NCBI GenBank assembly: GCA_028714455.1
Contig: JAQTMG010000003.1
Location: 39,834 to 103,833, forward strand
Length of the DNA: 64,000 nt
Direction: 5' to 3'
DNA from: Patescibacteria group bacterium
GTDB taxonomy: Bacteria; Patescibacteriota; Patescibacteriia; CAIXNZ01
In this document: one piece after another, positions 36,434-45,695 of the stretch
Numbering within the stretch: the stretch's first letter is position 1
Layout of the letters: every line of letters begins with the position of its first letter
Position numbers and translations under genes: made by a program
Notes under the pieces: generated by a model
Seen by the model: the letters and a program-made list of their open reading frames with translations, nothing else
Told to the model about the DNA's origin: nothing
Databases searched by the model: none

Positions 36434-36832
36434 TTAATAAATAATTTTATTCCTTAATTTCTTTTTTTCCGATATTTTCTTTTTAGTCGTAATCCTCTTT
36501 TCTTTTGAACCATGAGTCGGCTTGGTCGCAATCCTTTTTATTTCCGGCGTTAAAATTTTATTAACCAGCCAATTCAATTTTTCGATTACAGATTCTTTAT
36601 TTTGTATCTGCGAGCGTTCGCTTTGCGCGTATAAAACCAATTCTCCTTTTTCAGTAATTTTATCGCCCAATTTGTGCAAAAGCAGATATTTTTGTTCAGG
36701 CGCCAAAATATGGGAATTATACAAATCCCATTTCAAAACGGCTTTGGTAGCAACCTTATTCACATTTTGCCCGCCCTTGCCGCCGCTGCGAGCAAAAGTA
36801 ATCTCTAATTCTTTTTCGGGAATTATAATCAT
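36434..36832 (-). CDS. arfB: Peptidyl-tRNA hydrolase ArfB (RF-1 domain, GGQ motif) ribosome rescue factor
   Basis: SGGKGGQNVNKV GGQ motif, 132 aa, with a basic C-terminal tail. Confidence 0.75.
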   Translation of the reverse strand: MIIIPEKELEITFARSGGKGGQNVNKVATKAVLKWDLYNSHILAPEQKYLLLHKLGDKITEKGELVLYAQSERSQIQNKESVIEKLNWLVNKILTPEIKRIATKPTHGSKEKRITTKKKISEKKKLRNKIIY

Positions 36833-36879
36833 AAAAAAATTATTATTCCTTTCACTAATACCTAATCCCTAATACCCAA

Positions 36880-37296
36880 TCACTTAATATTTTCCCTTAT
36901 TTTTTGGGAAACCTCTTCTGCCTCTTTGGCTTTATAACTTTTACCTGGCCAGTGCTGTAAGCCATCCTCGGCAGTTCTGGGCACGATATGCCAGTGTAAA
37001 TGTGGCACAATCTGACCGGCCAACCTGCCGTTATTTAATTCCAGATTAAAGGCATCATAACCCAGGCCAGCCAAAACCGCCTTGGCAATTTTTTGTGTGG
37101 CCAAAATCATGGCTGCCAATGTTTCTTCATCGGCATCCAAAAGATTAACAAAATGTTTTTTGGGCATCACCAATGCGTGGCCGGGATTAACCGGGTGAAT
37201 ATCCAAAATCGCGAGAATTTTATCATCTTCATAAACTTTCGTAGCTGGTATTTCGCCGGCGATAATTTGGCAAAAAAGGCAATCTTCATTGGGCAT
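36880..37296 (-). CDS. HIT-family nucleotide hydrolase
   Basis: Histidine triad HLHWHIV. Confidence 0.8.
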   Translation of the reverse strand: MPNEDCLFCQIIAGEIPATKVYEDDKILAILDIHPVNPGHALVMPKKHFVNLLDADEETLAAMILATQKIAKAVLAGLGYDAFNLELNNGRLAGQIVPHLHWHIVPRTAEDGLQHWPGKSYKAKEAEEVSQKIRENIK

Positions 37297-37321
37297 ATGT
37301 GTTTTAGTAAATAATTAAATA

Positions 37322-37750
37322 TTAAGAATTTATGATTTTAGCCGCCTCTTCGTAAAACCATCTTAGGGCATATTCCTGCGCGCTGGATTTACTGCCTTTG
37401 AGAATATCTCTGATTGTCATCATAATATTGCTTGGATCGGTAGATCCAATCCTGCGCGTCGCCTCCAAACAATAATTTAACTTTCTAATTATCTCTTTCA
37501 TTTCTGTCTCTGACATTTTCTCTTTTTTGAGATCTTCAAGTATCTCCAGATATTGCTTGTAAATTGGCGCCAGATATTTTTTAATGAATAATTCTTTTTC
37601 TTCTTTTTTAACCCAGCCCGTACTCAAGGCGTAATCGACTGATTCATCGACATAATCCCCCTCCGATTTTATTTTTAAGTCTTCTTCGATTTTTTTTCTT
37701 GATCTTTCTTCCGTCGACGGTTGAAGAGGATTTAATTTTTCTTTATTCAT
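37322..37750 (-). CDS. Hypothetical protein
   Basis: 142-aa ORF with coding-like composition. Confidence 0.3.
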   Translation of the reverse strand: MNKEKLNPLQPSTEERSRKKIEEDLKIKSEGDYVDESVDYALSTGWVKKEEKELFIKKYLAPIYKQYLEILEDLKKEKMSETEMKEIIRKLNYCLEATRRIGSTDPSNIMMTIRDILKGSKSSAQEYALRWFYEEAAKIINS

Positions 37751-37794
37751 AATATATAAGGTATAAGGCTTAAATTTTAAATTAAAAATTATAA

Positions 37795-38460
37795 TTATTT
37801 TTTAATATCGTCAGTTAGTCGGGGATAATTCAAACTGGTATATTGCCAATTTTCAGGCAAGCCATGCTTCAAATGATTATAAACTGTATAATTATAATGA
37901 TGATCCCAGTCCCTTTGCTTTTTTAAATGATTTTGATGAAAGCGGATAAAGTGGTCGTAAAAAGATAATTGCCATTTAAATTTTGGGTAAGGACTGCTAT
38001 TGCCAAATTTTTTTATAAATTCTTCCTTATAATGTTCAAGGTTTATTTTCCTCTCATTAAAATCATCAAAATTCCCATTAAATAAATTAAGCAACCTCAT
38101 CCTCATCCTTCGTAGGCGAAACGACGTCGTTTCGCCTACGAAGAGCGGTGAATTTTGATTAATCGTATATCCCATCACAATATTAACATTGCGTGAAAAA
38201 TTTTCTTTTAACGATTTGATTATTTTTGAAATATTATATTGGTTATTAGGTTCAATTATTAAATTAATATGATCATAAATTATGGAAAAGGCATACAGCT
38301 TAAATCCCTTTAATTGTTTACAAATCCCTAAATTCTCAATAAACAAGCTGCAAAAAATCGTCTCTTTAAAATATGGGAAATTATTCTTCGTCTTGATTAC
38401 GATGTAATATATAGCACCTGGAAAATATATCCGCTTAGAATAATTTTTGTGCAATTTCAT
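37795..38460 (-). CDS. IS200/IS605-family Y1 transposase-like protein (RAYT-like, HuH degenerate) carrying an in-frame palindromic insertion
   Basis: N-terminal YYIVIKTKNNFPYF, a degenerate HuH (DHINLI) and a C-terminal SFYDHFIR..Y motif shared with the paralogs at 53983 and 56300. A 38-bp perfect palindrome CTTCGTAGGCGAAACGACG/CGTCGTTTCGCCTACGAAG at 38111-38148 is translated in-frame (SFRLRRMRMR). Confidence 0.5.
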   Translation of the reverse strand: MKLHKNYSKRIYFPGAIYYIVIKTKNNFPYFKETIFCSLFIENLGICKQLKGFKLYAFSIIYDHINLIIEPNNQYNISKIIKSLKENFSRNVNIVMGYTINQNSPLFVGETTSFRLRRMRMRLLNLFNGNFDDFNERKINLEHYKEEFIKKFGNSSPYPKFKWQLSFYDHFIRFHQNHLKKQRDWDHHYNYTVYNHLKHGLPENWQYTSLNYPRLTDDIKK

Positions 38461-38483
38461 TTTATTTTTGTTTTAATTGAAAA

Positions 38484-38783
38484 TTATTTTAAGCCATCAA
38501 AAACCGTAACTTCTCCGTCATCATATTCCCCCGTTTCAAATCCATCATAAACAAAATGGTCCCCATCCTGAAAAAACCAAAGCGAAAATTTTTTATCTAG
38601 AGTGATGATAAAGCCGCGGGAACTATCGGATAACGGCTGAATATCAATTCTTTCGCAATCAGAAAATAATCTTTCGGCATAACCTATTTTTTTAGGGTCA
38701 AAATTATTTTCCAAAACCGCCTGTCTTAAAAAACTCCTTGGAAAAAATTTAATATATAATTTAGTCAACCAATCTATCTTCAT
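38484..38783 (-). CDS. Hypothetical protein
   Basis: ORF overlapping rfbC; start chosen at MKIDWLTK. Confidence 0.3.
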   Translation of the reverse strand: MKIDWLTKLYIKFFPRSFLRQAVLENNFDPKKIGYAERLFSDCERIDIQPLSDSSRGFIITLDKKFSLWFFQDGDHFVYDGFETGEYDDGEVTVFDGLK

Positions 38784-38785
38784 AA

Positions 38786-39238
38786 TTACACTATTTTGAA
38801 CGGCGAAACAGGATCTGCCTCCCACCTAATTTCATCAACTTCCTCTTTTTTTCCTTCGCCTTTATAAAGTTTATCGGGCAAATTAATGACCAGACCGGGT
38901 TCGGTTGAAATACATTTATAACCGTGAACAACGCCAGGCGGCACAATAACCATGGTCGGCTCATTTTCGCCAACGGTTAATTTAAAATTTTGACCCCTTG
39001 TTTCGCTGTCTTCCCTGTTATCCCAAAGAAAAAGCTCAAAAATCCCAGGACCGGGAAAAATAAAAAAGTCGCTCTGAAATTTGTGTTCATGCGGACCGCG
39101 CGCTATGCCCGGCTTTGTCACCGAAAGATAACTCATGGCTGGTTTATAATCTGACTCGTCACTGCGCCAAAATTCAGCCAGATAACCGCGGCTGTCAGAA
39201 AGTTTTTCTAATTTTTTAATAATCACTCCAGAAATCAT
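38786..39238 (-). CDS. rfbC: dTDP-4-dehydrorhamnose 3,5-epimerase-like cupin (RmlC family)
   Basis: SDSRGYLAEFW and RGPHEHK motifs typical of RmlC. Confidence 0.6.
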   Translation of the reverse strand: MISGVIIKKLEKLSDSRGYLAEFWRSDESDYKPAMSYLSVTKPGIARGPHEHKFQSDFFIFPGPGIFELFLWDNREDSETRGQNFKLTVGENEPTMVIVPPGVVHGYKCISTEPGLVINLPDKLYKGEGKKEEVDEIRWEADPVSPFKIV

Positions 39239-39239
39239 A

Positions 39240-39629
39240 TTATTCTTTTTTAATTGAAGTAAATAAAAAGGTAACGCAAATTATGGCCGCGCAGGCGCCG
39301 ACCAAAATACTCAAGTAGCCCATGCCCTGCAAAAAATAAATGACAAATATGCCAAAAAGTGTTGAGAGCAAAATCATCGTGGAATAATCCAGAAATTTCA
39401 TTTTCTTCTGTTCGCCTTCTTCTTTCGGATAAAATAAAACTGTAATCGCGCCGAGAATCAATAAAATCGCCAAATAAATTCCCAGATTAATATAGTTCAA
39501 AAAAATTCTTGGCTTAAAATATTCAATAAAAGCAAAAATGGTGAGAATCGCGAACATCGCCAAAAATAAATCGCGAATAATTATCAAAATTATTTTCTTA
39601 AAATTATCGGGCAAATTGAACTTTGGCAT
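39240..39629 (-). CDS. Hypothetical membrane protein
   Basis: Four TM helices. Confidence 0.35.
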   Translation of the reverse strand: MPKFNLPDNFKKIILIIIRDLFLAMFAILTIFAFIEYFKPRIFLNYINLGIYLAILLILGAITVLFYPKEEGEQKKMKFLDYSTMILLSTLFGIFVIYFLQGMGYLSILVGACAAIICVTFLFTSIKKE

Positions 39630-40188
39630 AATTGTAATAATTTAATAAATTATTATATAAACCTTCTTGTAAAAGCGGCGCGCGCTCTAATGTTATTTTA
39701 ACACGCCTAATGAAAACCGGCTTGTCCGCGCTCAAACCAGGAATTGAAATCATAAAGCGCAGTTTTCCCTTATTTATATTTTTACCAGCCATATCATAGA
39801 CCAAGCTACTGATTTTGTATCCGTCATCTGCCGAAGAACTATTATCAAGCGGCTTTAACTCCCAATCAGCGCCGATATTTGGTCCAATTTTTATTTTGTA
39901 TTTAAAATCATCTTTATATTCTATTTCTAAATCGGCTTTCTGGAAATCGCGAGGCAAAGATAAATCAAAATAAACAGGATCGTCCAAAACCTCGGGCGTC
40001 GAATCAATATTAATTAAACCCTGCGGTTTTAAAATGGAAAAATATGGAGTAAATTCTTTGAAGTCAGTAGAAACGATCAGTTTGCCGCTCCAAACCAGAT
40101 CCCGCGCGATTAAAAAAAATGCCAGGCATAATGATAAAAAAATAACCGCGGCGACAATGATAGCTGGAATGTTTTTTTGATTATTCAT
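39604..40188 (-). CDS. Hypothetical membrane-anchored protein
   Basis: N-terminal TM segment followed by a beta-rich domain. Confidence 0.35.
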   Translation of the reverse strand: MNNQKNIPAIIVAAVIFLSLCLAFFLIARDLVWSGKLIVSTDFKEFTPYFSILKPQGLINIDSTPEVLDDPVYFDLSLPRDFQKADLEIEYKDDFKYKIKIGPNIGADWELKPLDNSSSADDGYKISSLVYDMAGKNINKGKLRFMISIPGLSADKPVFIRRVKITLERAPLLQEGLYNNLLNYYNYAKVQFAR

Positions 40189-41818
40189 TGGAAAATTTAA
40201 TTTTATATAAATAATCGGTGTTCAAAATCCAAGCCCCAAAAATCAACGTTAAATTATTTTTCGTCAGCTCCTGCCTGACTGACGCGGTCTCACCATTACT
40301 GGTTGAAAAATAATAGAGCGGAACCCCCGTGTTGAGTAATTTCGACAAACTTTTTACTTCACTGGAATTGAAAATCACGACCTTTCTTTCTGGAAAAAAT
40401 ATCTTATCGCTGCGCTGACTGACAATAACCGCGTTGTTTTCGGTCATACCGATAACAATCTTATCAATTTTTGTGTAATCGGCTATATTTTGTTTAATCT
40501 TTATAAGATTGTCATTGCCGGAAATAAAAACTACGTTGATTGACAGAGCCAAGAATAAAATTATCAAAAATAAACTTAAAAGCAAACGAATCTTTTTGTT
40601 CTGAAAAAGATTAATTAAATAAACAAAAAATAAAACGGCGAAAGGCAGCGATAAAATATAAATCGGCAAAAAATACCGCACGTACGAAATACCAATCATG
40701 TTTAAGGCCAGAGTCAATTTATCTTCAAATAACCAGCTGCCATAATAAATGGTCAGGTACAGACTGGCGAAAATTGAGCACGCGGCAAAAACTATCTGAT
40801 CTTTTTTCGCCTTTATTTTCCAAAGCACGAGTATGCCAAGCAGCGCCGGCAAAGAAAGCCACCAAAAAAGTGCAAAATAATATTTTATGATATTAATAAA
40901 AGCCAGGCCGGGATTAAAACCAAAAGGCAGGAAAAGAAACCCGACAAAATTTAGAATCAAGGCGTCGTTACCTACTCTGAATTCGGCTGGCAGTTGCGAA
41001 ATTAAATTTCCACCCTGACCCAAGCGCAGATAACCAAAAGATAAGAAGCTGCCGTAGGTTTCGGCGTTGCACAAAAGAATCGGCAAAAAAACCAAAGCCA
41101 TCACGGCCAAAAAAATTATGGCATACCACCACTCGATTTTTTTGTAATAAATTGCCAGCAGCGCGATAACAATGGGTAAAACCCAGAAAAATTCATTTGT
41201 TCTTATTGTTAAAGCCAGTGAAATGAAAAACGAACTCAAAATCAAAAACAATATATTATTTTTTTTGTTAAACTTATCAATTTTAATAAGATAATAAAAA
41301 CCTATTATCAAAAAAGTCAGAAAGCTAACATTGGGCAACATGAAAAAACTGGCATAATACCACCAGGCCGGATTAATAAAAAATAAAAGCGCTGACAAAA
41401 AACCAATTCTCTTTCCAAAAATTAATTTAATCAATTTATAAAAATAAATACCCGCGATTATTGCCAAAAGGGGTGTCAGTAAAACAACCAGATCAAGGCC
41501 GACCACTTTCCCTATCAGGCCATAAATTAAAAGCATGCCCAAAAAAGAACCTGGCACCAAAGCCCCTTGATAAACGTTAAAGCTGCGCGGCTTGACTACT
41601 TCATCGGCAATCAAATTAAGAGGCTCTGAAACCGATAAATTGCTGGTCTGGATATAATTTTTGATGAAAAAATAGTTGGCCGTTTCGTCGGGCCAGGTGA
41701 ATTTTGCCGATAAATTATTATAAATCAAAAAAGAATAAACAAAAAAGAAAATAACCGCCAGCGCAGCTAAAATTAAGGAAATTATCACATTATTGAATTT
41801 TTTGCGGATTACCTCCAT
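40181..41818 (-). CDS. GT-C-fold polytopic membrane glycosyltransferase-like protein (ArnT/PMT-like)
   Basis: 545 aa with more than 10 TM helices. It has aromatic-rich loops and the typical GT-C/PMT_2 topology. Confidence 0.45.
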   Translation of the reverse strand: MEVIRKKFNNVIISLILAALAVIFFFVYSFLIYNNLSAKFTWPDETANYFFIKNYIQTSNLSVSEPLNLIADEVVKPRSFNVYQGALVPGSFLGMLLIYGLIGKVVGLDLVVLLTPLLAIIAGIYFYKLIKLIFGKRIGFLSALLFFINPAWWYYASFFMLPNVSFLTFLIIGFYYLIKIDKFNKKNNILFLILSSFFISLALTIRTNEFFWVLPIVIALLAIYYKKIEWWYAIIFLAVMALVFLPILLCNAETYGSFLSFGYLRLGQGGNLISQLPAEFRVGNDALILNFVGFLFLPFGFNPGLAFINIIKYYFALFWWLSLPALLGILVLWKIKAKKDQIVFAACSIFASLYLTIYYGSWLFEDKLTLALNMIGISYVRYFLPIYILSLPFAVLFFVYLINLFQNKKIRLLLSLFLIILFLALSINVVFISGNDNLIKIKQNIADYTKIDKIVIGMTENNAVIVSQRSDKIFFPERKVVIFNSSEVKSLSKLLNTGVPLYYFSTSNGETASVRQELTKNNLTLIFGAWILNTDYLYKIKFSNE

Positions 41819-41857
41819 TTGCTCTTAATTTTAGCAAAAATATGCTAAAATTGAAAT

Positions 41858-43912
41858 ATGGCAAAGATAATAAAACTAATTAGCTTTTTTTGTTTACTTT
41901 TAGCGGTTTTGATCAATTTTGACTGGTTAAAAATTCCAGCCTTAAGTATAATTTTAGGCTTGGTTTATTTTTTAATCTTTGGCTATCTGCTGGGGAAAAA
42001 TATCTTCAAAAGCCAGGAAGTTAGTTTCCAAACAATTCTCGGCATTTTCTCATTGATTTCTCTCTACTCCCTACTGGGAGCTGTCATCTATTATCTCTAC
42101 CAACTTGATACTTTAGCTATCAACGTTTTGCTCGTCATAATCTCTGGCTGTATTCTCTATCCAGAAATTGTAACTGAAAGCAAAATGCCAGAAATAAAAT
42201 GGCCAAAAACAAACCCGGCTTCAATTATTTTAACTATCACCTACCTTATAATCACCGCTGCCAGCTTTATCGTTCTTTGGCATTCGCAAACCACCGAAGC
42301 CATTTTTACTCCCTGGCAGGTCATACCCAGAGAATTTTTCGCGCTTTATGTTTTGGCCACAGTCAATTTATTACTAATAATTTTTAGAAATAAAAATTTT
42401 CTCACCCCGTTTTTGATTGTTATGCATTACTTTCTGACAATCAGCGTGGCACTCATAATTTACAAGCTCGGCTATGGCTTTGATCCTTTCATTCACCAGG
42501 CCACGGAAAAAGTAATTTTTGACAAAGGTCTAATTTTGCCAAAACCATTTTATTATCTTGGACAATATTCTCTGGTTGTTTTCCTGGCTAAATTTTTACA
42601 ACAATCGGTTGATTTAATTGACAAACTCCTGCTGCCCATCTTACTTTCAGTATTTTTGCCTTACACGATTTACAAGAGTTTAAAAAAAACTTTTGACTGG
42701 CAAAAAAGCATTACTTTAATTTTGGGATTAAGTTTCCTGCTTCTTCCTTTCGGCCTTTTTATCGCCACCACGCCGCAAGCTCTGGCGGGATTTTATTGTC
42801 TGGTAATTATTTTCTTGTCTTTTTTATATTTTCAGAATAAACAAATTCCTCTGGCCGCTCTTATTTTATTGGCTCTGACGACCATTGCCATCCATCCAAT
42901 CGCCGGCCTGCCGATTTTAATCTACCTTATTATTCTGTATCTTGTAAAAAACTTAAATAATCTCGCGGTGAAAATAATCTTGCCGATTTTCTGCGCGCTC
43001 TCGGCTTTTATTTTGCCGATTGCCTTGCTTTTCAATTCATTTATCTCAATAAACAAAGTCAGCTGGCTGCCAAATTCAGTCAGCTTCATTGATTGGCCCA
43101 GCATCTTTATGACTCAATTCAGATTTTTTCCTGATCTGGCTTATCTTTACCGAAATTTTATCTATTGGCTTTTCATTCTGATTGCCCTAATCACCTTCGC
43201 CTATTTAATTAAAACGAAAAGGGCCAAAATCTTTGTCGCGTCACTCATAACTTTTGCCATTCTGGTTATCAACGCTTTTTTACTAAATTTTATTAAAGTT
43301 AATTACATTATTAATTACGAACAAGGCGATTTTAGTCGACGAGTCTGGCAAATAGCTTTTTATTTTCTGCTACCGATTGTTTGTTATGGACTTTATTTCT
43401 TCATTCAAAAAGCCTGGCAAAAATCCGCTGTCTATAAAATATTTTTAATCGTTTCTCTTACCCTTTCTCTCACTCTTTGCTTATATTTAAGTTATCCGCG
43501 CTTTGATGACTATGACAACAGCAAGTTTATCAATGTCAGCGCCGCGGATTTTCAAGCCGTTCAATTCATCGACAAAGACAGCGCCGGACAAAATTACATT
43601 GTGCTGGTCAACCAGATGACCAGTGCCGCCGCCCTGCAAACATTTGGCTTCACAAATTATTACAACAATAATTATTTTTACCCGATTCCAACCGGCGGCG
43701 ATCTTTATAAATATTATGAAAAAATGATTTACACCGAGACCTCAAAAAAAACAATGGTCGCGGCCATGGATTTTGCCAAAGTAAAACTCGCCTATTTTGT
43801 CTTGCCGACTTATCTTAAAACATTTACACAAATCGACCAGAAAGCCGAGAGCAGCGCCGATATGGTCTATAACATCGGCGATAAGATCTATATTTACAAG
43901 TACTCAAAATAA
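41858..43912 (+). CDS. Large polytopic membrane protein (possible GT-C-like glycosyltransferase / YfhO-like)
   Basis: 684 aa with more than 12 TM helices, divergent from the preceding GT-C-like gene. Confidence 0.4.
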   Translation: MAKIIKLISFFCLLLAVLINFDWLKIPALSIILGLVYFLIFGYLLGKNIFKSQEVSFQTILGIFSLISLYSLLGAVIYYLYQLDTLAINVLLVIISGCILYPEIVTESKMPEIKWPKTNPASIILTITYLIITAASFIVLWHSQTTEAIFTPWQVIPREFFALYVLATVNLLLIIFRNKNFLTPFLIVMHYFLTISVALIIYKLGYGFDPFIHQATEKVIFDKGLILPKPFYYLGQYSLVVFLAKFLQQSVDLIDKLLLPILLSVFLPYTIYKSLKKTFDWQKSITLILGLSFLLLPFGLFIATTPQALAGFYCLVIIFLSFLYFQNKQIPLAALILLALTTIAIHPIAGLPILIYLIILYLVKNLNNLAVKIILPIFCALSAFILPIALLFNSFISINKVSWLPNSVSFIDWPSIFMTQFRFFPDLAYLYRNFIYWLFILIALITFAYLIKTKRAKIFVASLITFAILVINAFLLNFIKVNYIINYEQGDFSRRVWQIAFYFLLPIVCYGLYFFIQKAWQKSAVYKIFLIVSLTLSLTLCLYLSYPRFDDYDNSKFINVSAADFQAVQFIDKDSAGQNYIVLVNQMTSAAALQTFGFTNYYNNNYFYPIPTGGDLYKYYEKMIYTETSKKTMVAAMDFAKVKLAYFVLPTYLKTFTQIDQKAESSADMVYNIGDKIYIYKYSK

Positions 43913-43999
43913 GGGGCGAAAACGCTTTCACGTAAAAAACGCTGCCGTAGAGACAGGGTATACCCTGTCTCTACTTTTTATTCAAGGCGTTTTCGCCCC
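43913..43999. repeat. Structured palindromic repeat, copy 3
   Basis: GGGGCGAAAACGC..GCGTTTTCGCCCC outer IR around core GTAGAGACAGGGTATACCCTGTCTCTAC (43947-43974). Confidence 0.85.
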
Positions 44000-44030
44000 A
44001 AAGAAAAAGCCCCATCAATTGATAGGGCTT
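43999..44030 (-). terminator. Rho-independent terminator of the RT gene
   Basis: GCCCTATCAATTGATGGGGC hairpin followed by TTTTTCTTT on the minus strand, abutting the RT stop codon. Confidence 0.55.
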
Positions 44031-45256
44031 TTAATATTTCCCAATATTTTTTACGTAAGTTCCTGCTTCGCCCGAATAACGAATCAAAAAAACGTCATAA
44101 AGAACCGCGTCTACCTCTTGCCACAAATTCTCGGCCGTTTCTCTAATAATGAAACACTGCATGCCGCTTAGCTTAAGATACAACGGCCAAATTTTTGTCT
44201 CAAAATCATCCTTTTGTTCAAGCGCTTTTTTTAGGTTAAAAATGGTCAGGCGCAAACGCAACTTAAACTTCCGAGTATTGCGCACCTGGCCATCAACCAC
44301 ATTCAGTCCTAACGTGTGCAGAATATGCCCTCGTCTGGCAAAATATGATTTATGCAAATAGTAGCGCTGATAATAGGCTCCTTTATTTTGCCACCAACCA
44401 TCTGGGTCAGGCGCCTCTTTCAGTTCATAACCCCTTTTAGCGATACGAAAAACCGCTGAAATAACGGGCGCATGCCACACAATGCAACCGCGATATTTCT
44501 CAATATCTTCCTGACCCGCTGGTTTCACAAAGTAATCGTCAGCGGAGGGATCATCTGGCCGTTCTTCGCCGCGCTCAATGTGTCTTTTTTTTGTTTCCGG
44601 CCAAAATTCTGGCGCTGTGATAAAAATGTTGTCCGCGTAACGTACGTAAGTACCCCTGATGTTCTTGGCTAGCTCGGAAAGCTCGTAATCAAAGGGTTCA
44701 AAACAAAAATCAAACAAGCGCGGGCTGGTTGGCGCGCCTTGTGGCAAACCAAAAGCCGGTAGCCCCTTTTTCTTTTGATTAAACCAGGTCGTCAAACAGG
44801 TCAAATAATAAGAGGCGTAATAACCGTACTTTTTTGACTTGAAAAAATTGAAGACCGCGCGACCGCTTGTCGAAGGAAAAGCATCCTTCACGTCAGTCGT
44901 AAAAACCGCCTGGTCTGCCTTAGCAATAGCCAATGCCGCCTCTTTGACTCCACCGCCAGAAAATCCATAGACATTTCTATGACGGTCCAGCGGCTCAAGA
45001 ATATTTTTGTTGACAGCCCGCTGAATTGTCATCAAATCAGGGTGCGGAATCTGTAAAATTCTTCTGCCGCCGCTTCTTTTAGCAATTGTAATGGTTGAAT
45101 AAAGCCATGGACTCCTGACAATTGCCGCCCACAAAATTCTACGGAATTTTTCGAAATCATTAAAAGGATAATTCAGTTCAGCGAACAAATACCAGGCTGC
45201 TTTTCTGCCTGATTCCCTTAATAAGGGATTTTTAATGCGCTCACGCGATTTCAACA
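44031..45256 (-). CDS. Stand-alone reverse transcriptase (retron/DRT-like; motif C = YADN)
   Basis: RT motifs in order: 1/2 RRILQIPHPDLMTIQRAV, A FTTDVKDAF, B' GLPQGAPTSPRLFD, C YVRYADNIF. The proposed start is TTG 45256, 8 nt after AGGAGG; the ORF track's ATG 45383 would add 42 aa lacking an RBS. GC content is elevated. No maturase, endonuclease or other fused domain was recognised. Confidence 0.75.
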
Positions 45257-45294
45257 ATATTATCACCTCCTTTCCATGTTTTTTGTTTTCAAAG

Positions 45295-45695
45295 AAAAGG
45301 GAGGGGTAAATTCCCCTCCCACCGCTGGTTACTCGCGAATCGCAAGCTGTGCGTGTACCGATCAAGAACCGGGTGATTTGCATATTGCCGTCAGAATTCT
45401 GACAGCCCCTTTCGGCTATTTTAGGATCTCTTAGGGTTCCGGCAATAAAGCTAACTGTCTTGATCTAATTTCGGATTTTAGGGTTAGGGAGGGGTGCAAG
45501 ATTTATACATTTACTTCAAGTTTTGGTTATCCCCTCTCCTTCTAATTAAACCGAATTACCGAGCCAGTTACCTTCGCCGAAAATTATCTAGAGAAGGATA
45601 CGCAGTTTATGTACCTAACTCAAGTTTCGGCTAATCCTTCTCTTTATCCTATTTGGCCTCAAAGCTCGCTAACCAGCGAATGATAATACTTTAGT
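45295..45695 (-). ncRNA. Candidate RT-associated structured ncRNA (about 380 nt) directly upstream of and co-oriented with the RT
   Basis: Minus-strand promoter-like TTGACT-17 nt-TAAAGT at 45716-45688. Two paralogous long hairpins have conserved loops (AAACTTGA..GTA.ATAAA) and different, individually complementary stems (GAGAAGGAT/ATCCTTCTC versus GGAGAGGGG/CCCCTCC). There is a 14-bp palindrome GTCAGAATTCTGAC. The 3' end is a GC-rich hairpin GGGAGGGG-AATTTA-CCCCTCCC followed by TTTTCTTTG just before the RT RBS. Confidence 0.4.

Noticed and set aside
45257-45383. N-terminal 42 codons of the ORF-track RT model (ATG at 45383)
   Set aside because: The extension has no RBS, runs through a strong GC hairpin/terminator-like structure and encodes a low-complexity peptide. 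A good AGGAGG-N8-TTG start exists at 45256. The extension is more likely part of the upstream ncRNA, though the ATG start cannot be excluded.
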